Source: Trueperaceae bacterium (GTDB taxonomy: Bacteria > Deinococcota > Deinococci > Deinococcales > Trueperaceae). Taken from it: DNA of 64,000 nt. The notes below the pieces were generated by a model. That model ran no database searches. It had not been told where the DNA came from and was given only the letters and a program-made list of their open reading frames with translations. The stretch is taken from NCBI GenBank assembly GCA_020354625.1, contig CP070651.1:2538135-2602134 (forward strand). Reading direction: 5' to 3'. This document shows positions 51,171 through 61,050 of this stretch, one piece after another. Numbering within the stretch: the first letter of the stretch is position 1; every line of letters begins with the position of its first letter. The translations under genes were made by a program, and so were the position numbers.

Positions 51171-52389
51171 TGAACGTATCATCGTCGGGCTGGATATCGG
51201 CACCACCAAGATCTGCACCGTGATCGGGGAGGTTGCCAGCGACGGTGTACTCGATGTAATCGGTGAAGGCACAGTACCGAGCGATGGGCTTCGCAAAGGG
51301 GTGGTGGTAAACCTCGAACGAACCATCGCATCGGTGCGCCAATCGATCTCGGCCGCGGAGCGGGTGGCGGGTGTCAAAGTAAGCTCTGCTTGGGTTGGGA
51401 TCGCAGGGAGTCACCTCAAGGCGTTGACCAGTCACGGGATGGCTGCGATCCGCCGCGGTCAGGAGATTACCAAAGCAGACGTCGAACGGACCATCGAGAA
51501 CGCGCGCGCTGTACCGCTTGAAGCCAATATGGAGATCATCCACGTCATCCCGCAGGAGTATGTGGTCGACGGGCATGACGGTATCAAGGATCCTGCCGGT
51601 ATGTCGGGAGTTCGGCTCGAGGTCGACGTCCACCTGGTAGCAGGCGCACAGGGACCGCTTCAAAACCTCAAGCGATGTGCCCGAGACGCCGGCGCGGAGG
51701 TTGACGGTCTCGTGGTTCAGGCGCTCGCTTCGGGTCTCGCTGTGCTGAACCAACGAGAACGGGAAGTGACGACGCTCCTGATCGACATCGGAGGCGGCAC
51801 CAGCGATGTCGGAGTATTCCGGCGGGGCACACTGGCACACTCGGCGGTGATCCCGCTCGGTGGAGACCACATCACGCAAGATATCAGCCAGCTGCTTCGC
51901 ATCCCCCCCGATGAAGCCGAGCGGGTGAAAAAACGCTACGGTGTCGCGTTACCTGAGCTCGCCGATCGGGAGGTCGAACTCGAGGTTGCAAACCCGAGTT
52001 ATACCGCGTCGCTTTCAACGTTTGAACTATCTCAGGTGATCAAGCCTCGGGTGGTAGAGGTCTTGGATCTGATCAGACAAGACATCGAACAGAAGATGGG
52101 CGCTCTAGAATTGCTGGCCGGCAATGTCGTCATTACGGGTGGGGCTTCACTCATGCCTGGGCTCGACCGAGTGGCAGCAGAGCGTTTCAGACTCCCCGTG
52201 CGGATCGGAAAACCGGTGAACGTCTCGGGGCTCGTCGATGTGGTGGCCAGCCCTGCACACGCAACCGCTGTCGGCTTGGTGCGCTACGGGATGTCACAGG
52301 GGGAACGAGCCGTCACCCCGATGCAGCGCGAAGACGGTATCGGGAACGTACTCGCGAAAATCCGCAACGTACTGAAGGATTTCTTTTAA
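51163..52389 (+). CDS. ftsA: Cell division protein FtsA
   Basis: Actin-like ATPase (IVGLDIGTTKICTVIGE...). 8-nt overlap with ftsQ. Confidence 0.9.
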   Translation: MTDERIIVGLDIGTTKICTVIGEVASDGVLDVIGEGTVPSDGLRKGVVVNLERTIASVRQSISAAERVAGVKVSSAWVGIAGSHLKALTSHGMAAIRRGQEITKADVERTIENARAVPLEANMEIIHVIPQEYVVDGHDGIKDPAGMSGVRLEVDVHLVAGAQGPLQNLKRCARDAGAEVDGLVVQALASGLAVLNQREREVTTLLIDIGGGTSDVGVFRRGTLAHSAVIPLGGDHITQDISQLLRIPPDEAERVKKRYGVALPELADREVELEVANPSYTASLSTFELSQVIKPRVVEVLDLIRQDIEQKMGALELLAGNVVITGGASLMPGLDRVAAERFRLPVRIGKPVNVSGLVDVVASPAHATAVGLVRYGMSQGERAVTPMQREDGIGNVLAKIRNVLKDFF

Positions 52390-52408
52390 TAAGTGGGGTG
52401 AGGAGAGT

Positions 52409-53473
52409 ATGACGTATTCGGACAACGCTGTTATTCGGGTCATGGGCTTGGGTGGTGGTGGCAATAACGCCGTCAATCGAATGATCGAGAGCAACCTTCA
52501 GGGTGTGGAGTTCATCGCAGCAAACACGGACGCCCAAGTTTTAGCCACGAGCTTGGCCGATACCAGGATTCAGATGGGCGATCATCTGACCAAGGGCCTC
52601 GGGGCAGGTGCAAACCCCGAAATCGGCGAAGAGGCAGCGCTGGAAGATCGCGACCGCATCGCCGAAACGCTGCGCGGTGCCGATCTGGTCTTTATCACCG
52701 CCGGGCTAGGGGGCGGCACGGGAACCGGCAGCAGTCCGGTGGTAGCCGAGGTCGCTCGCGAATTGGGGGCGTTGACCGTGGCGGTGGTGACGACGCCGTT
52801 TTCGTTCGAGGGACCCCGTCGGCTGCGACAGGCAGAAGAGGGGCTGCGGAAGCTCGAAGACAAAGTCGACGCCCTCATCGTGGTGGAAAACCAAAGACTC
52901 CTCTCTTCACTAGATCGTAAGGTCAAGCTCACCGACGCCTTTCGCGTTGCCGATCGAGTCCTCTACCACGGCGTTCGAGGCATTAGTGATGTGATCAACG
53001 TACCGGGGTTGATCAATGTCGACTTTGCCGACGTCAAGACGCTCCTTACCGGTGCTGGAACGGTGTTGATGGGTATCGGCGCCGGCCGGGGAGAAAAGAT
53101 CGCTGAAGAGGCCGCCAACACAGCCACGCATAGCCCACTCCTTTCGCGGGGTGTCGAGGGGGCACACCACCTGCTGATCAACGTGACCGGATCGGACGAG
53201 TTGACCCTTTTTGATGCTTATGAGATCGTCGAGAAGATCAGCGATGCCACCGAAGTCGAGGATGTCAACGTCCTCTTCGGCGTCACGTATGACGAGGCGG
53301 CAGCCGACGAGGTGAGGGTGACCGTGATCGCAGCCGGCTTCGATCACAACCCACAGATGAAAGTCCTACGGCCGACGCAGCTTCGAGCAGCTGCCGGGGG
53401 GCGCAATTACGACCCGAGCAACTACGATATTCCCGCTTTCTTACGCTATAACCCAGAGAACGGAGAAGGATAG
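52409..53473 (+). CDS. ftsZ: Cell division GTPase FtsZ
   Basis: Tubulin signature GGGTGTG and the T7 loop. GAGGAG ribosome-binding site. Confidence 0.95.
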   Translation: MTYSDNAVIRVMGLGGGGNNAVNRMIESNLQGVEFIAANTDAQVLATSLADTRIQMGDHLTKGLGAGANPEIGEEAALEDRDRIAETLRGADLVFITAGLGGGTGTGSSPVVAEVARELGALTVAVVTTPFSFEGPRRLRQAEEGLRKLEDKVDALIVVENQRLLSSLDRKVKLTDAFRVADRVLYHGVRGISDVINVPGLINVDFADVKTLLTGAGTVLMGIGAGRGEKIAEEAANTATHSPLLSRGVEGAHHLLINVTGSDELTLFDAYEIVEKISDATEVEDVNVLFGVTYDEAAADEVRVTVIAAGFDHNPQMKVLRPTQLRAAAGGRNYDPSNYDIPAFLRYNPENGEG

Positions 53474-53531
53474 CTGGACGTCATCCGGTACATCGGGTTG
53501 TCAAGGGGCGCGTCTCTGGTAGTCTAGGTGC

Positions 53532-54023
53532 GTGAGAGACGTCAAATATAGTGGGCGCATCCTACGCCTTGTCGTGCTCGACGATCGTTGGGAGATCGTT
53601 GAGCACCAGTCTGCTGTGGCAGTCGTGGCCCTATCTGGGAGATCGATACTCGGCGTGGAACAGTACCGTCCCGCGATCGGCGACCAAACTTGGGAACTGC
53701 CGGCCGGTTTGATCGATCCGGGGGAGGATCCTTCGGAAGCGGCTGCGCGTGAGCTGGCCGAAGAGACTCAGCTCAAGGGGGAGCTCTCCCTTATCACCCA
53801 GCTCTATCCCAGCCCCGGGTTCTGTGATGAAAAGGTGTATCTCTTCCGAGCGCAAGGTCTTAGCCCGGTTGAGGGTAGGCCCGAAGAAGAGGAGGATCTA
53901 TCGGTCAGCTGGCGTGATGCCGAGTCCGTGTGGCGAGACGTGCGGTCCGGGAATCTGTCAACCAGTGGACCCAGTCTGCTCGGTGTCGCCTTTGCCCTCA
54001 ACCTCCTAGGAATGCCGCTGTGA
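53532..54023 (+). CDS. NUDIX hydrolase (ADP-ribose pyrophosphatase-like)
   Basis: Nudix box GLIDPGEDPSEAAARELAEETQL. GTG start. Confidence 0.75.
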   Translation: MRDVKYSGRILRLVVLDDRWEIVEHQSAVAVVALSGRSILGVEQYRPAIGDQTWELPAGLIDPGEDPSEAAARELAEETQLKGELSLITQLYPSPGFCDEKVYLFRAQGLSPVEGRPEEEEDLSVSWRDAESVWRDVRSGNLSTSGPSLLGVAFALNLLGMPL

Positions 54024-54931
54024 GGATCGTCGACTCCCCCGATGAACTGTTGCTCAAGGGCGCAATATTGAGCATCGGCAATTTCGACGGCGTCCATCTC
54101 GGGCACGACATGCTCCTCACGAGCATGCAACAACTCGCAGCCGAAACGGATCGACCCAGCATCGTCCTGACCTTTTTCCCACCTTCGAAAGTCTTGTTCG
54201 GTGAGGCGACGTTTCTCACCGATACCGATGAGAAGCTTGCGCTTTTGGAGTCGTACGCTCCGAGCGCGGTGGTGGTCATTCCGTTCGACCACGACTACGC
54301 CAAAACCAGCAAGACGACCTTTCTCAACCAACTGCGGCGGCTCGCTCCCCACACCATCATCGTCGGTGAGGATTTCCGTTTCGGGCACAACCGGCTCGGA
54401 ACGCTCAACGATCTCAGCCGACTCCCGAAAAAGCTCGAGGTATTCGGCTTGAAGACCATCGACGGCGAGGTCGTAAAATCATCTCGTATCCGCCAGTACC
54501 TACTCGAAGGACAGATCACGTGCGCCAACCGCTTTCTAGGCCACTCCTACACGGTTCGTGGACGGGTCACGCGGGGCGAACAGCGTGGGCGCGAAATCGG
54601 CTTCCCTACCGCCAACATCGTCACCTCTCCCCGCAAGGCGCTACCGGTTGGGGTTTTTGCCGTGACGGTGGACACCCCGTACGGGACCCATGGCGGCATG
54701 GCCAACGTCGGCCCGAGACCGAGTTTTCCAGACGCTGCCCCCTCGCTCGAGGTCCATCTCTTCGATTTCGCAAAGGAGCTTTACCAGGAGACCATCGTGG
54801 TGTCGTTTCACGCTTTTCTGAGGGGGCAAGTCCGTTTCTCGGGGCTCTCGGAGCTTACAACTCAGTTGGCAGCAGATCGGGAAGCTGCCACCAGACACTT
54901 GGCAAAACAGTTTGAAAGGGGCACCTTTTGA
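54020..54931 (+). CDS. ribF: Bifunctional riboflavin kinase / FMN adenylyltransferase
   Basis: FAD synthetase N-terminus (ILSIGNFDGVHLGHD) and a riboflavin kinase C-terminus. GTGA overlap with the preceding gene. Confidence 0.85.
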   Translation: MRIVDSPDELLLKGAILSIGNFDGVHLGHDMLLTSMQQLAAETDRPSIVLTFFPPSKVLFGEATFLTDTDEKLALLESYAPSAVVVIPFDHDYAKTSKTTFLNQLRRLAPHTIIVGEDFRFGHNRLGTLNDLSRLPKKLEVFGLKTIDGEVVKSSRIRQYLLEGQITCANRFLGHSYTVRGRVTRGEQRGREIGFPTANIVTSPRKALPVGVFAVTVDTPYGTHGGMANVGPRPSFPDAAPSLEVHLFDFAKELYQETIVVSFHAFLRGQVRFSGLSELTTQLAADREAATRHLAKQFERGTF

Positions 54932-55653
54932 TCATCTACGGCAAGCAGGCGGTGCTCGAGGCCCTCCGTCAGAGACAGGCCTTACGTGTGTTGGTTGCAG
55001 ACGGTCTGAAGCGCGACACCGTCACCCAACTCGAGCGACTCGCCCGAGAGACCGACGTGCCCCTTGAGATCGTGCCACGTATCGACCTCGACCGAGCACT
55101 CAGCACCACCCAGCACCAAGGAGTAGCTGCGATGCTCCCTGAGGTGACGCTGAGCGATCCGGAAGAGCCCTTCGAATTGGCACGCACCCGGGGAGAGAGA
55201 CTCCTCCTCGTCATCTGTGACCACCTAAGCGACCCGAGAAACTACGGTGCGATCATTCGAAGTGCCGAGGTGTTGGGAGCTCACGGGGTCGTAAGCGAAA
55301 CCAGACGGAGTGCCCCGCTCTCGGCGACGGTCGTCAAGACCGCGGCTGGAGCCACGAGTTACCTCCCTCTCGTCAACGTCACCAACTTGGCGCGCTATAT
55401 CGAATCGCTCAAGAGCCGCGGGGTTTGGATCTACGGAACGGACGCCGCCGCAACCACGTCTCCCGCGTCGATCGATTGGGACCGCGACACCGCGTTGGTG
55501 ATCGGAGCAGAAGGTAGAGGGCTTCGCCGGTTGGTAAGAGAGCGATGTGATGACCTCCTCGCGATCCCGATGCGCGGACGCGTCGGCTCGCTCAACGCTT
55601 CGGTGGCAGCAGGCATTCTGCTCTACTGTGTGGTGACGGCAAGAGGGAGCTAA
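54928..55653 (+). CDS. TrmH/SpoU-family RNA 2'-O-methyltransferase (RlmB-like)
   Basis: SPOUT fold motifs (LVICDHLSDPRNYGAIIRSAEVLGAHGV..., LVIGAEGRGL). TTGA overlap with ribF. Confidence 0.75.
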   Translation: MIIYGKQAVLEALRQRQALRVLVADGLKRDTVTQLERLARETDVPLEIVPRIDLDRALSTTQHQGVAAMLPEVTLSDPEEPFELARTRGERLLLVICDHLSDPRNYGAIIRSAEVLGAHGVVSETRRSAPLSATVVKTAAGATSYLPLVNVTNLARYIESLKSRGVWIYGTDAAATTSPASIDWDRDTALVIGAEGRGLRRLVRERCDDLLAIPMRGRVGSLNASVAAGILLYCVVTARGS

Positions 55654-55656
55654 TCG

Positions 55657-57603
55657 ATGGCCAAAAAACGTATACGAGCGGAACACCTCTATGAACTGCG
55701 CTTCGTCTCCGAACCGCAACTGGCACCAGGCGGCGATACGGCCTGCGCCGTGATCACCGAGATCGTGACGCCACCCGACGTGGAGACCCCACGCTACCGG
55801 AGCAATATTCACCTCTTTTCGACATCTGGAGGGGCGGGCCGTATCCTCACGCGCGGCCCGTTTCAAGACAGCCACCCCCGTTTTAGTCCCGACGGGAGCG
55901 TTCTGGCATTCTTGTCGCGTCGTACAGAAAAGGGCAAAGCGCAGCTCTTCTCGTTGCCGCTCACAGGTGGCGAAGCCGAGCAGCTGACCGACGCACCTGG
56001 TGGGGTTACGGAGTTCGTGTGGGAGCCATCATCCCGAGGGATCGCGTTCGTCGCCGACTATGAGGAGGAAGTACCTGACGACCAACCGAGGATCGTAGAT
56101 ACCCTGTCTTACCGGGGCGACGGGCTGGGGTGGCTTGCGAAGGAGCCGGCGAAGCTTATGTATTGGGACCGGAATACGAAGCGCTGTCGAACCCTTATCG
56201 AGACCGCATATAGCCCCAGCGACTTGGTCTATAGTCCAGACGGCCGCCGAATCTACTTTTTGGCGGCAGAGACCCGAGACGATGATGATATGGGCCGCTG
56301 CAACGCCTGGGTGATGCCCCTCAAAAGCAGACGGCTCAGACCGCTATTGAAACAGAGTGATACGCTCGAGGGCTTGGCCGTGAGTCCTTCGGGGAGCCAG
56401 ATCGTCTTTCTGGCCCCCTCGCAGCCGAGGGGCGTCAGCCCCACCGGTCTCTGGCTCTTGCCGCGTCACGGTGGTAGGCCTGTTCTGTTGACGGGTGAGC
56501 TGGAAGTCGTAGCAACACCGAGCGTTAACGGTGACAGCCGTTACGGTTCCTACCCCAATCTCCCGGCCTGGTACAGCGACGGTAGGTCTGTCGTGGCCAA
56601 CATCGCCCGAGATGGCGCGAGCGTTCTTCACCGTGTCGGAACCGATGGTCAGGTGAGCCCTCTTCAATCGGGAAAGCGTGTGGTGACGAGCTTTTCGGTA
56701 GGTCGTGCCGGCGTAGCCTTTACGGCTGAGACGCCCCAGGTTCCAGGAGAGCTCTACTTCTGGCCCGAAGGCGCAGAGGAACAGGTACTCAGCAGCGTCA
56801 ACCAGGATTTCATCAAACGCTTCCAGCTACGCACCCCCTCGAAGCCGTCGACGGCTAAGAGCAGCGACGGCCAAAAGGTCGGCTACTGGACCTTGCGCCC
56901 CGAAAAGGCTCGCAAGGATGCGGCGATGGTGTTGCAGATACACGGCGGACCGCATACCAGCTATGGGTACGGCTTCTTTTTCGAGTTTCAGCTTCTCGTA
57001 TCAGCCGGTTACACGGTAGTGTATGGCAACCCTCGGGGTAGCTCCGACTATGGAGTCGCATTCCACTCGGCGATCTCAGGTCGCTACGGCTCGATCGACG
57101 CCGACGATATCTTGGCGATCGCCCGCCACGCCAGGCGCAAGCATAACGAGAACGCCCCTGTTCACCTTACTGGAGGCAGCTACGGGGGGTTTATGACCAA
57201 CTGGCTGCTCGGACAAACGGACGAGTTTCGCTCAGGGATTACCCAACGTAGCATTTGTAACTGGGTGTCCTTTTACGGCACCTCCGACATCGGCCCCCGG
57301 TTTAGCGAACGCGAGGTCGTAGGCACCCCTTGGAAGAACACGCGAAAACTGTGGCGCCAGAGCCCCCTAAAATACGTAGCCGACATCAGCACGCCGCTCC
57401 TCATTCTGCACGCCGAGGAGGATTACCGTTGCCCTATGGAGCAAGCCGAACAACTCTTCACGGCCCTCAAACGGATCGGGCAAGCGCCAACCCGCTTGAT
57501 CCGCTTTCCCGATGAAAACCACGACCTTTCGCGCTCGGGGAGGCCAGATCGGCGGGTCGCACGTCTCGAGGCGATCCTCGGATGGTTCCGCGAACACGCT
57601 TGA
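55657..57603 (+). CDS. S9-family serine peptidase (prolyl oligopeptidase / acylaminoacyl-peptidase-like)
   Basis: N-terminal beta-propeller and a C-terminal alpha/beta hydrolase with the GGSYGG nucleophile motif plus catalytic Asp/His. Confidence 0.8.
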   Translation: MAKKRIRAEHLYELRFVSEPQLAPGGDTACAVITEIVTPPDVETPRYRSNIHLFSTSGGAGRILTRGPFQDSHPRFSPDGSVLAFLSRRTEKGKAQLFSLPLTGGEAEQLTDAPGGVTEFVWEPSSRGIAFVADYEEEVPDDQPRIVDTLSYRGDGLGWLAKEPAKLMYWDRNTKRCRTLIETAYSPSDLVYSPDGRRIYFLAAETRDDDDMGRCNAWVMPLKSRRLRPLLKQSDTLEGLAVSPSGSQIVFLAPSQPRGVSPTGLWLLPRHGGRPVLLTGELEVVATPSVNGDSRYGSYPNLPAWYSDGRSVVANIARDGASVLHRVGTDGQVSPLQSGKRVVTSFSVGRAGVAFTAETPQVPGELYFWPEGAEEQVLSSVNQDFIKRFQLRTPSKPSTAKSSDGQKVGYWTLRPEKARKDAAMVLQIHGGPHTSYGYGFFFEFQLLVSAGYTVVYGNPRGSSDYGVAFHSAISGRYGSIDADDILAIARHARRKHNENAPVHLTGGSYGGFMTNWLLGQTDEFRSGITQRSICNWVSFYGTSDIGPRFSEREVVGTPWKNTRKLWRQSPLKYVADISTPLLILHAEEDYRCPMEQAEQLFTALKRIGQAPTRLIRFPDENHDLSRSGRPDRRVARLEAILGWFREHA

Positions 57604-57622
57604 GACAGGGGAACGGCACCCG

Positions 57623-58054
57623 TCAGCAGGCGCTCCGTTGACCGAATACGGTAGCGAGCACGGTCCTGGCGCCCCCCGCTTCGCGGTGTTCGCACAAGTA
57701 GATCCCCTGCCAGGTACCGAGCGCCAGGCGTCCGTTACGGATCGGCAAGAGGAGGGACGCCCCGAGAAATGAAGATTTGATGTGCGCGGGCATATCGTCG
57801 GGTCCTTCGAGGCGATGCTCGAAGTAATCCGTCTCGTCCGGTACGACGTGGCGGAGGTAGCGCTCGAAATCACGGCGCACCGCACCCGAGACGTTCTCGT
57901 TCAGGGTCAGGCTGGCAGAGGTGTGCTGTAAGAAGAGCTGCAAGAATCCCGCTTCGAGGCCGGTCAACGAAACGTTTGCCAGGATCTCCCTGGTTACCAA
58001 GTGTACCCCGCGCGGCTTCTTTGCAAAGACGATCTCTGTTTGCTGCCAGTGCAT
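57623..58054 (-). CDS. YjbQ-family (UPF0047) secondary thiamine-phosphate synthase-like protein
   Basis: Full-length similarity to the YjbQ family (…HTSASLTLNENVSGAVRRDF…). Confidence 0.75.
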   Translation of the reverse strand: MHWQQTEIVFAKKPRGVHLVTREILANVSLTGLEAGFLQLFLQHTSASLTLNENVSGAVRRDFERYLRHVVPDETDYFEHRLEGPDDMPAHIKSSFLGASLLLPIRNGRLALGTWQGIYLCEHREAGGARTVLATVFGQRSAC

Positions 58055-58296
58055 GATAGTAGCCTACCTCGAAACCCGGCTTGCCAAGCGCCATCTCTTG
58101 CAAGGCCCACGAAATCATCTGTGACCGGGCTATTACACCGCTCCTCCTGCCCGTCCCTGTCCAAACGGCTTGGACATAGAGACACCAACGTGCTAGAGTG
58201 GTTGTTTGGAAGTCTTGGTTGACACCTCTCTATCCGGTTCAGCTCGGGCTTACCCCCTGTACCCGCGCAACGCGCGTGATCTTGAAAGGGTATTTT

Positions 58297-58566
58297 ATGT
58301 CCCTCAGCAAAGAGCAGAAGCAAGACATCATCAGCAAGTACGGCAAGGATGAAGGAGACACGGGCTCGACCGCGGTGCAAGTCGCCTTGCTTACCGCCAA
58401 GATCGGCTACTTGAGCGAGCACTTGCAACAAAACCGCAAGGACCACCACGGTCGCCGCGGCCTCCTCGCCATGGTGGGAAAGCGGAAAAGGCTCCTTACC
58501 TATCTAGAGCGAAACGACTTTGAGGGGTATAAGGAACTCATCAAAGACCTGGGGTTGCGCCGCTAG
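58297..58566 (+). CDS. rpsO: 30S ribosomal protein S15
   Basis: 89 aa ([16 protein letters not shown]...HHGRRGLL...). The track ORF from 58198 is an upstream in-frame extension. Confidence 0.95.
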   Translation: MSLSKEQKQDIISKYGKDEGDTGSTAVQVALLTAKIGYLSEHLQQNRKDHHGRRGLLAMVGKRKRLLTYLERNDFEGYKELIKDLGLRR

Positions 58567-58735
58567 TTTGTGAGCGACTCCCTCCTCTTTTCAAAACACC
58601 GGCCGAAACCGCTTCCCGTTTCAGTGCGGTGGCTTTTGCCCTCTGTGCTGCATATGGTGTTGATGCCATCGAGGCGATGGGCACGGGTAATGACGCGCCG
58701 CCTGCGGCCGATACGCGATGAGCAAAGGAGTATGT

Positions 58736-60919
58736 GTGAACCTTCCTTCTAGTAGAAGCTACCGAACGATGCTCGGCGGTCGCGAACTCATTCTCGAGAC
58801 CGGCAAATATGCGAAGCAGGTGTCGGGTAGTGTCGTGGCTCGCTATGGTGGCACGGTGGTGCTGGTGACCGCCCAGATGTCCGATAACGCTTCGTCCCTC
58901 GATTTTCTGCCGCTCACGGTGGAGTATGAAGAGAGGCACTACGCGATCGGCAAGATCCCCGGCTCGTTCTTGCGCCGAGAAGGGCGACCGGGCACACAGG
59001 CGACCTTGAATGCACGTATTACAGACCGGCAGATCCGCCCCCTCTTCCCCAAAGGATTGCGCAACGAAGTGCAGGTCATCATCACGGTCTTGAGTGCCGA
59101 TCAGGTCAACGATCCCGCTCCGATCGCGGCAATCGCAGCCTCAGCGGCGCTCTCCATCAGCGATGTCCCCTGGGACGGTCCCACCGCTTGTGCCAAGGTG
59201 GGATATCTAGAGGATCGCTTTGTGCTCAACCCTACGTTGCAACAACTCGAGAACGGCTCATCGAGCTTGGAACTAACAGTGGCCGCCAGCGAACACGCAG
59301 TGCTCATGGTCGAGGCTTCTGCCAATGAGCTCTCAGAAGAGACCATGGTCGAAGCCATCGGCTTTGCTCAGCGCGAACTCGCACCTGTTATCGGGATAAT
59401 CGATGAGATGAAGCGCGATGTCGGCCACGAAAAAGCGAGCTTCGAGCCGGCCGTGGAGTTGCGCGAAGAAGACATCGACATCATGGCCCAAAATACGTCT
59501 GGGGCCGGACTGCGCGAGGCGCTTCTCACACGCGGCAAGCACGACCGTTCGACGAACCTCAAGACGCTACGAAACACCATTATCGAGAACCTGATTCCCG
59601 ACCCGGAGGCAGAGGGGGCGTCCGAACGGATCGCCGAACTCAAGTCGGCTTTTTCCGCCGTCGAGAAAAAGGAACTTCGCCGGATGATCCTCGAGGAGGA
59701 CCTCCGCACAGACGGCCGGAGACCAGATGAGATTCGCCCGATCTGGATCGAAGTCGGCATGCTACCTATGGCCCACGGTTCGGCGGTCTTTACCAGAGGC
59801 GAAACGCAAGTTCTGGGTGTAGCAACACTCGGCACCGGAAGGGACAACCGTCTGGTCGACGACCTCGGACTTGAGGATACCGAGGAGTTCATGCTCCACT
59901 ATAACTTCCCTCCCTTCAGCACTGGAGAGGTCAAACGGCTGCGCGGTACGTCGAGGCGTGAGCTCGGGCACGGGAACTTGGCACGCCGATCGCTAGAGCG
60001 TGTCATCCCTGGCCAGGACGACTTCCCCTACGTGATTCGCGTGGTCGCCGAGACCTTGGAGTCGAACGGCTCTAGCTCGATGGCGAGTGTCTGCGCCAGC
60101 TCGCTTGCGCTGATGGACGCCGGGGTGCCGATCAGACAATCCGTGGCGGGCATCGCTATGGGTCTGGTTGCAGACGGTGAGCGCTACAGGATCCTGAGCG
60201 ACATACTCGGGACCGAAGACGCACTCGGTGACATGGACTTCAAAGTCACTGGGACACGCGATGGTGTCACCGCCTTGCAGATGGATATCAAGATCCAAGG
60301 GATCACCCCTTCGATCATGCGCGAGGCGCTCGAACAGGCACGGCGGGGGCGACTTCACATTCTCGAGCAGATGGGGGCGGTGTTGCCCAATTACCGTCCG
60401 GAAATCAATGAGCGCGCTCCGCGCATCCTCATGGTACAGATCCCGGCCGACAAGATCGGCGCGGTCATCGGTCCTGGTGGCAAGCAGATCCGGGAGCTCG
60501 AGCAACTCGGCGCAACCATCGAGATCGAGGAAGACGGCAAGGTAAGAATCTATAGCGAAAAGCTCGAGGCCGCCGAGCAGGTCAAAGCGGCCATCAAAAA
60601 CCTGACGGCAAGCGCCGAAATCGGTCAAGAGTACGACGGTACGGTCGCAAAAACCGTCGACTTCGGTGCTTTCGTCACCCTGTTCCCGGGCACAGACGGG
60701 CTCCTCCACATCTCACAGATCGCCGAAGAGCGTGTGAGACGGGTGGAGGACCACCTCAAAGAGGGGGACAAGATCCGTGTGAAGGTGCAGGGCATCGACG
60801 ATCGTGGCAAGATCGACCTGATTCGTCCAGAGCTGGAAGGGAAGGTCCGGCCGCGCGCTCCACGTTCGGAGTCGCGCGGAGGACCGAGGCGCGGTCCTCG
60901 CGACCGACAACGCAGATAG
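58736..60919 (+). CDS. pnp: Polyribonucleotide nucleotidyltransferase (PNPase)
   Basis: Two RNase PH domains, KH and S1. GTG at 58736 is 5 nt after AAGGAG. The track ATG at 58718 lies upstream of the ribosome-binding site. Confidence 0.9.
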   Translation: MNLPSSRSYRTMLGGRELILETGKYAKQVSGSVVARYGGTVVLVTAQMSDNASSLDFLPLTVEYEERHYAIGKIPGSFLRREGRPGTQATLNARITDRQIRPLFPKGLRNEVQVIITVLSADQVNDPAPIAAIAASAALSISDVPWDGPTACAKVGYLEDRFVLNPTLQQLENGSSSLELTVAASEHAVLMVEASANELSEETMVEAIGFAQRELAPVIGIIDEMKRDVGHEKASFEPAVELREEDIDIMAQNTSGAGLREALLTRGKHDRSTNLKTLRNTIIENLIPDPEAEGASERIAELKSAFSAVEKKELRRMILEEDLRTDGRRPDEIRPIWIEVGMLPMAHGSAVFTRGETQVLGVATLGTGRDNRLVDDLGLEDTEEFMLHYNFPPFSTGEVKRLRGTSRRELGHGNLARRSLERVIPGQDDFPYVIRVVAETLESNGSSSMASVCASSLALMDAGVPIRQSVAGIAMGLVADGERYRILSDILGTEDALGDMDFKVTGTRDGVTALQMDIKIQGITPSIMREALEQARRGRLHILEQMGAVLPNYRPEINERAPRILMVQIPADKIGAVIGPGGKQIRELEQLGATIEIEEDGKVRIYSEKLEAAEQVKAAIKNLTASAEIGQEYDGTVAKTVDFGAFVTLFPGTDGLLHISQIAEERVRRVEDHLKEGDKIRVKVQGIDDRGKIDLIRPELEGKVRPRAPRSESRGGPRRGPRDRQRR

Positions 60920-61050
60920 GTACACCCGGCAGACCTACCGGCAAAACCAGATTCCCGACCGACTGGGCGCGGTCGATACACATACCGGCGTTAACGTATC
61001 AAGGGAGCGACCACCTTGCCTCATACGTGTGACGGTGTCCTAGGAGGCTC

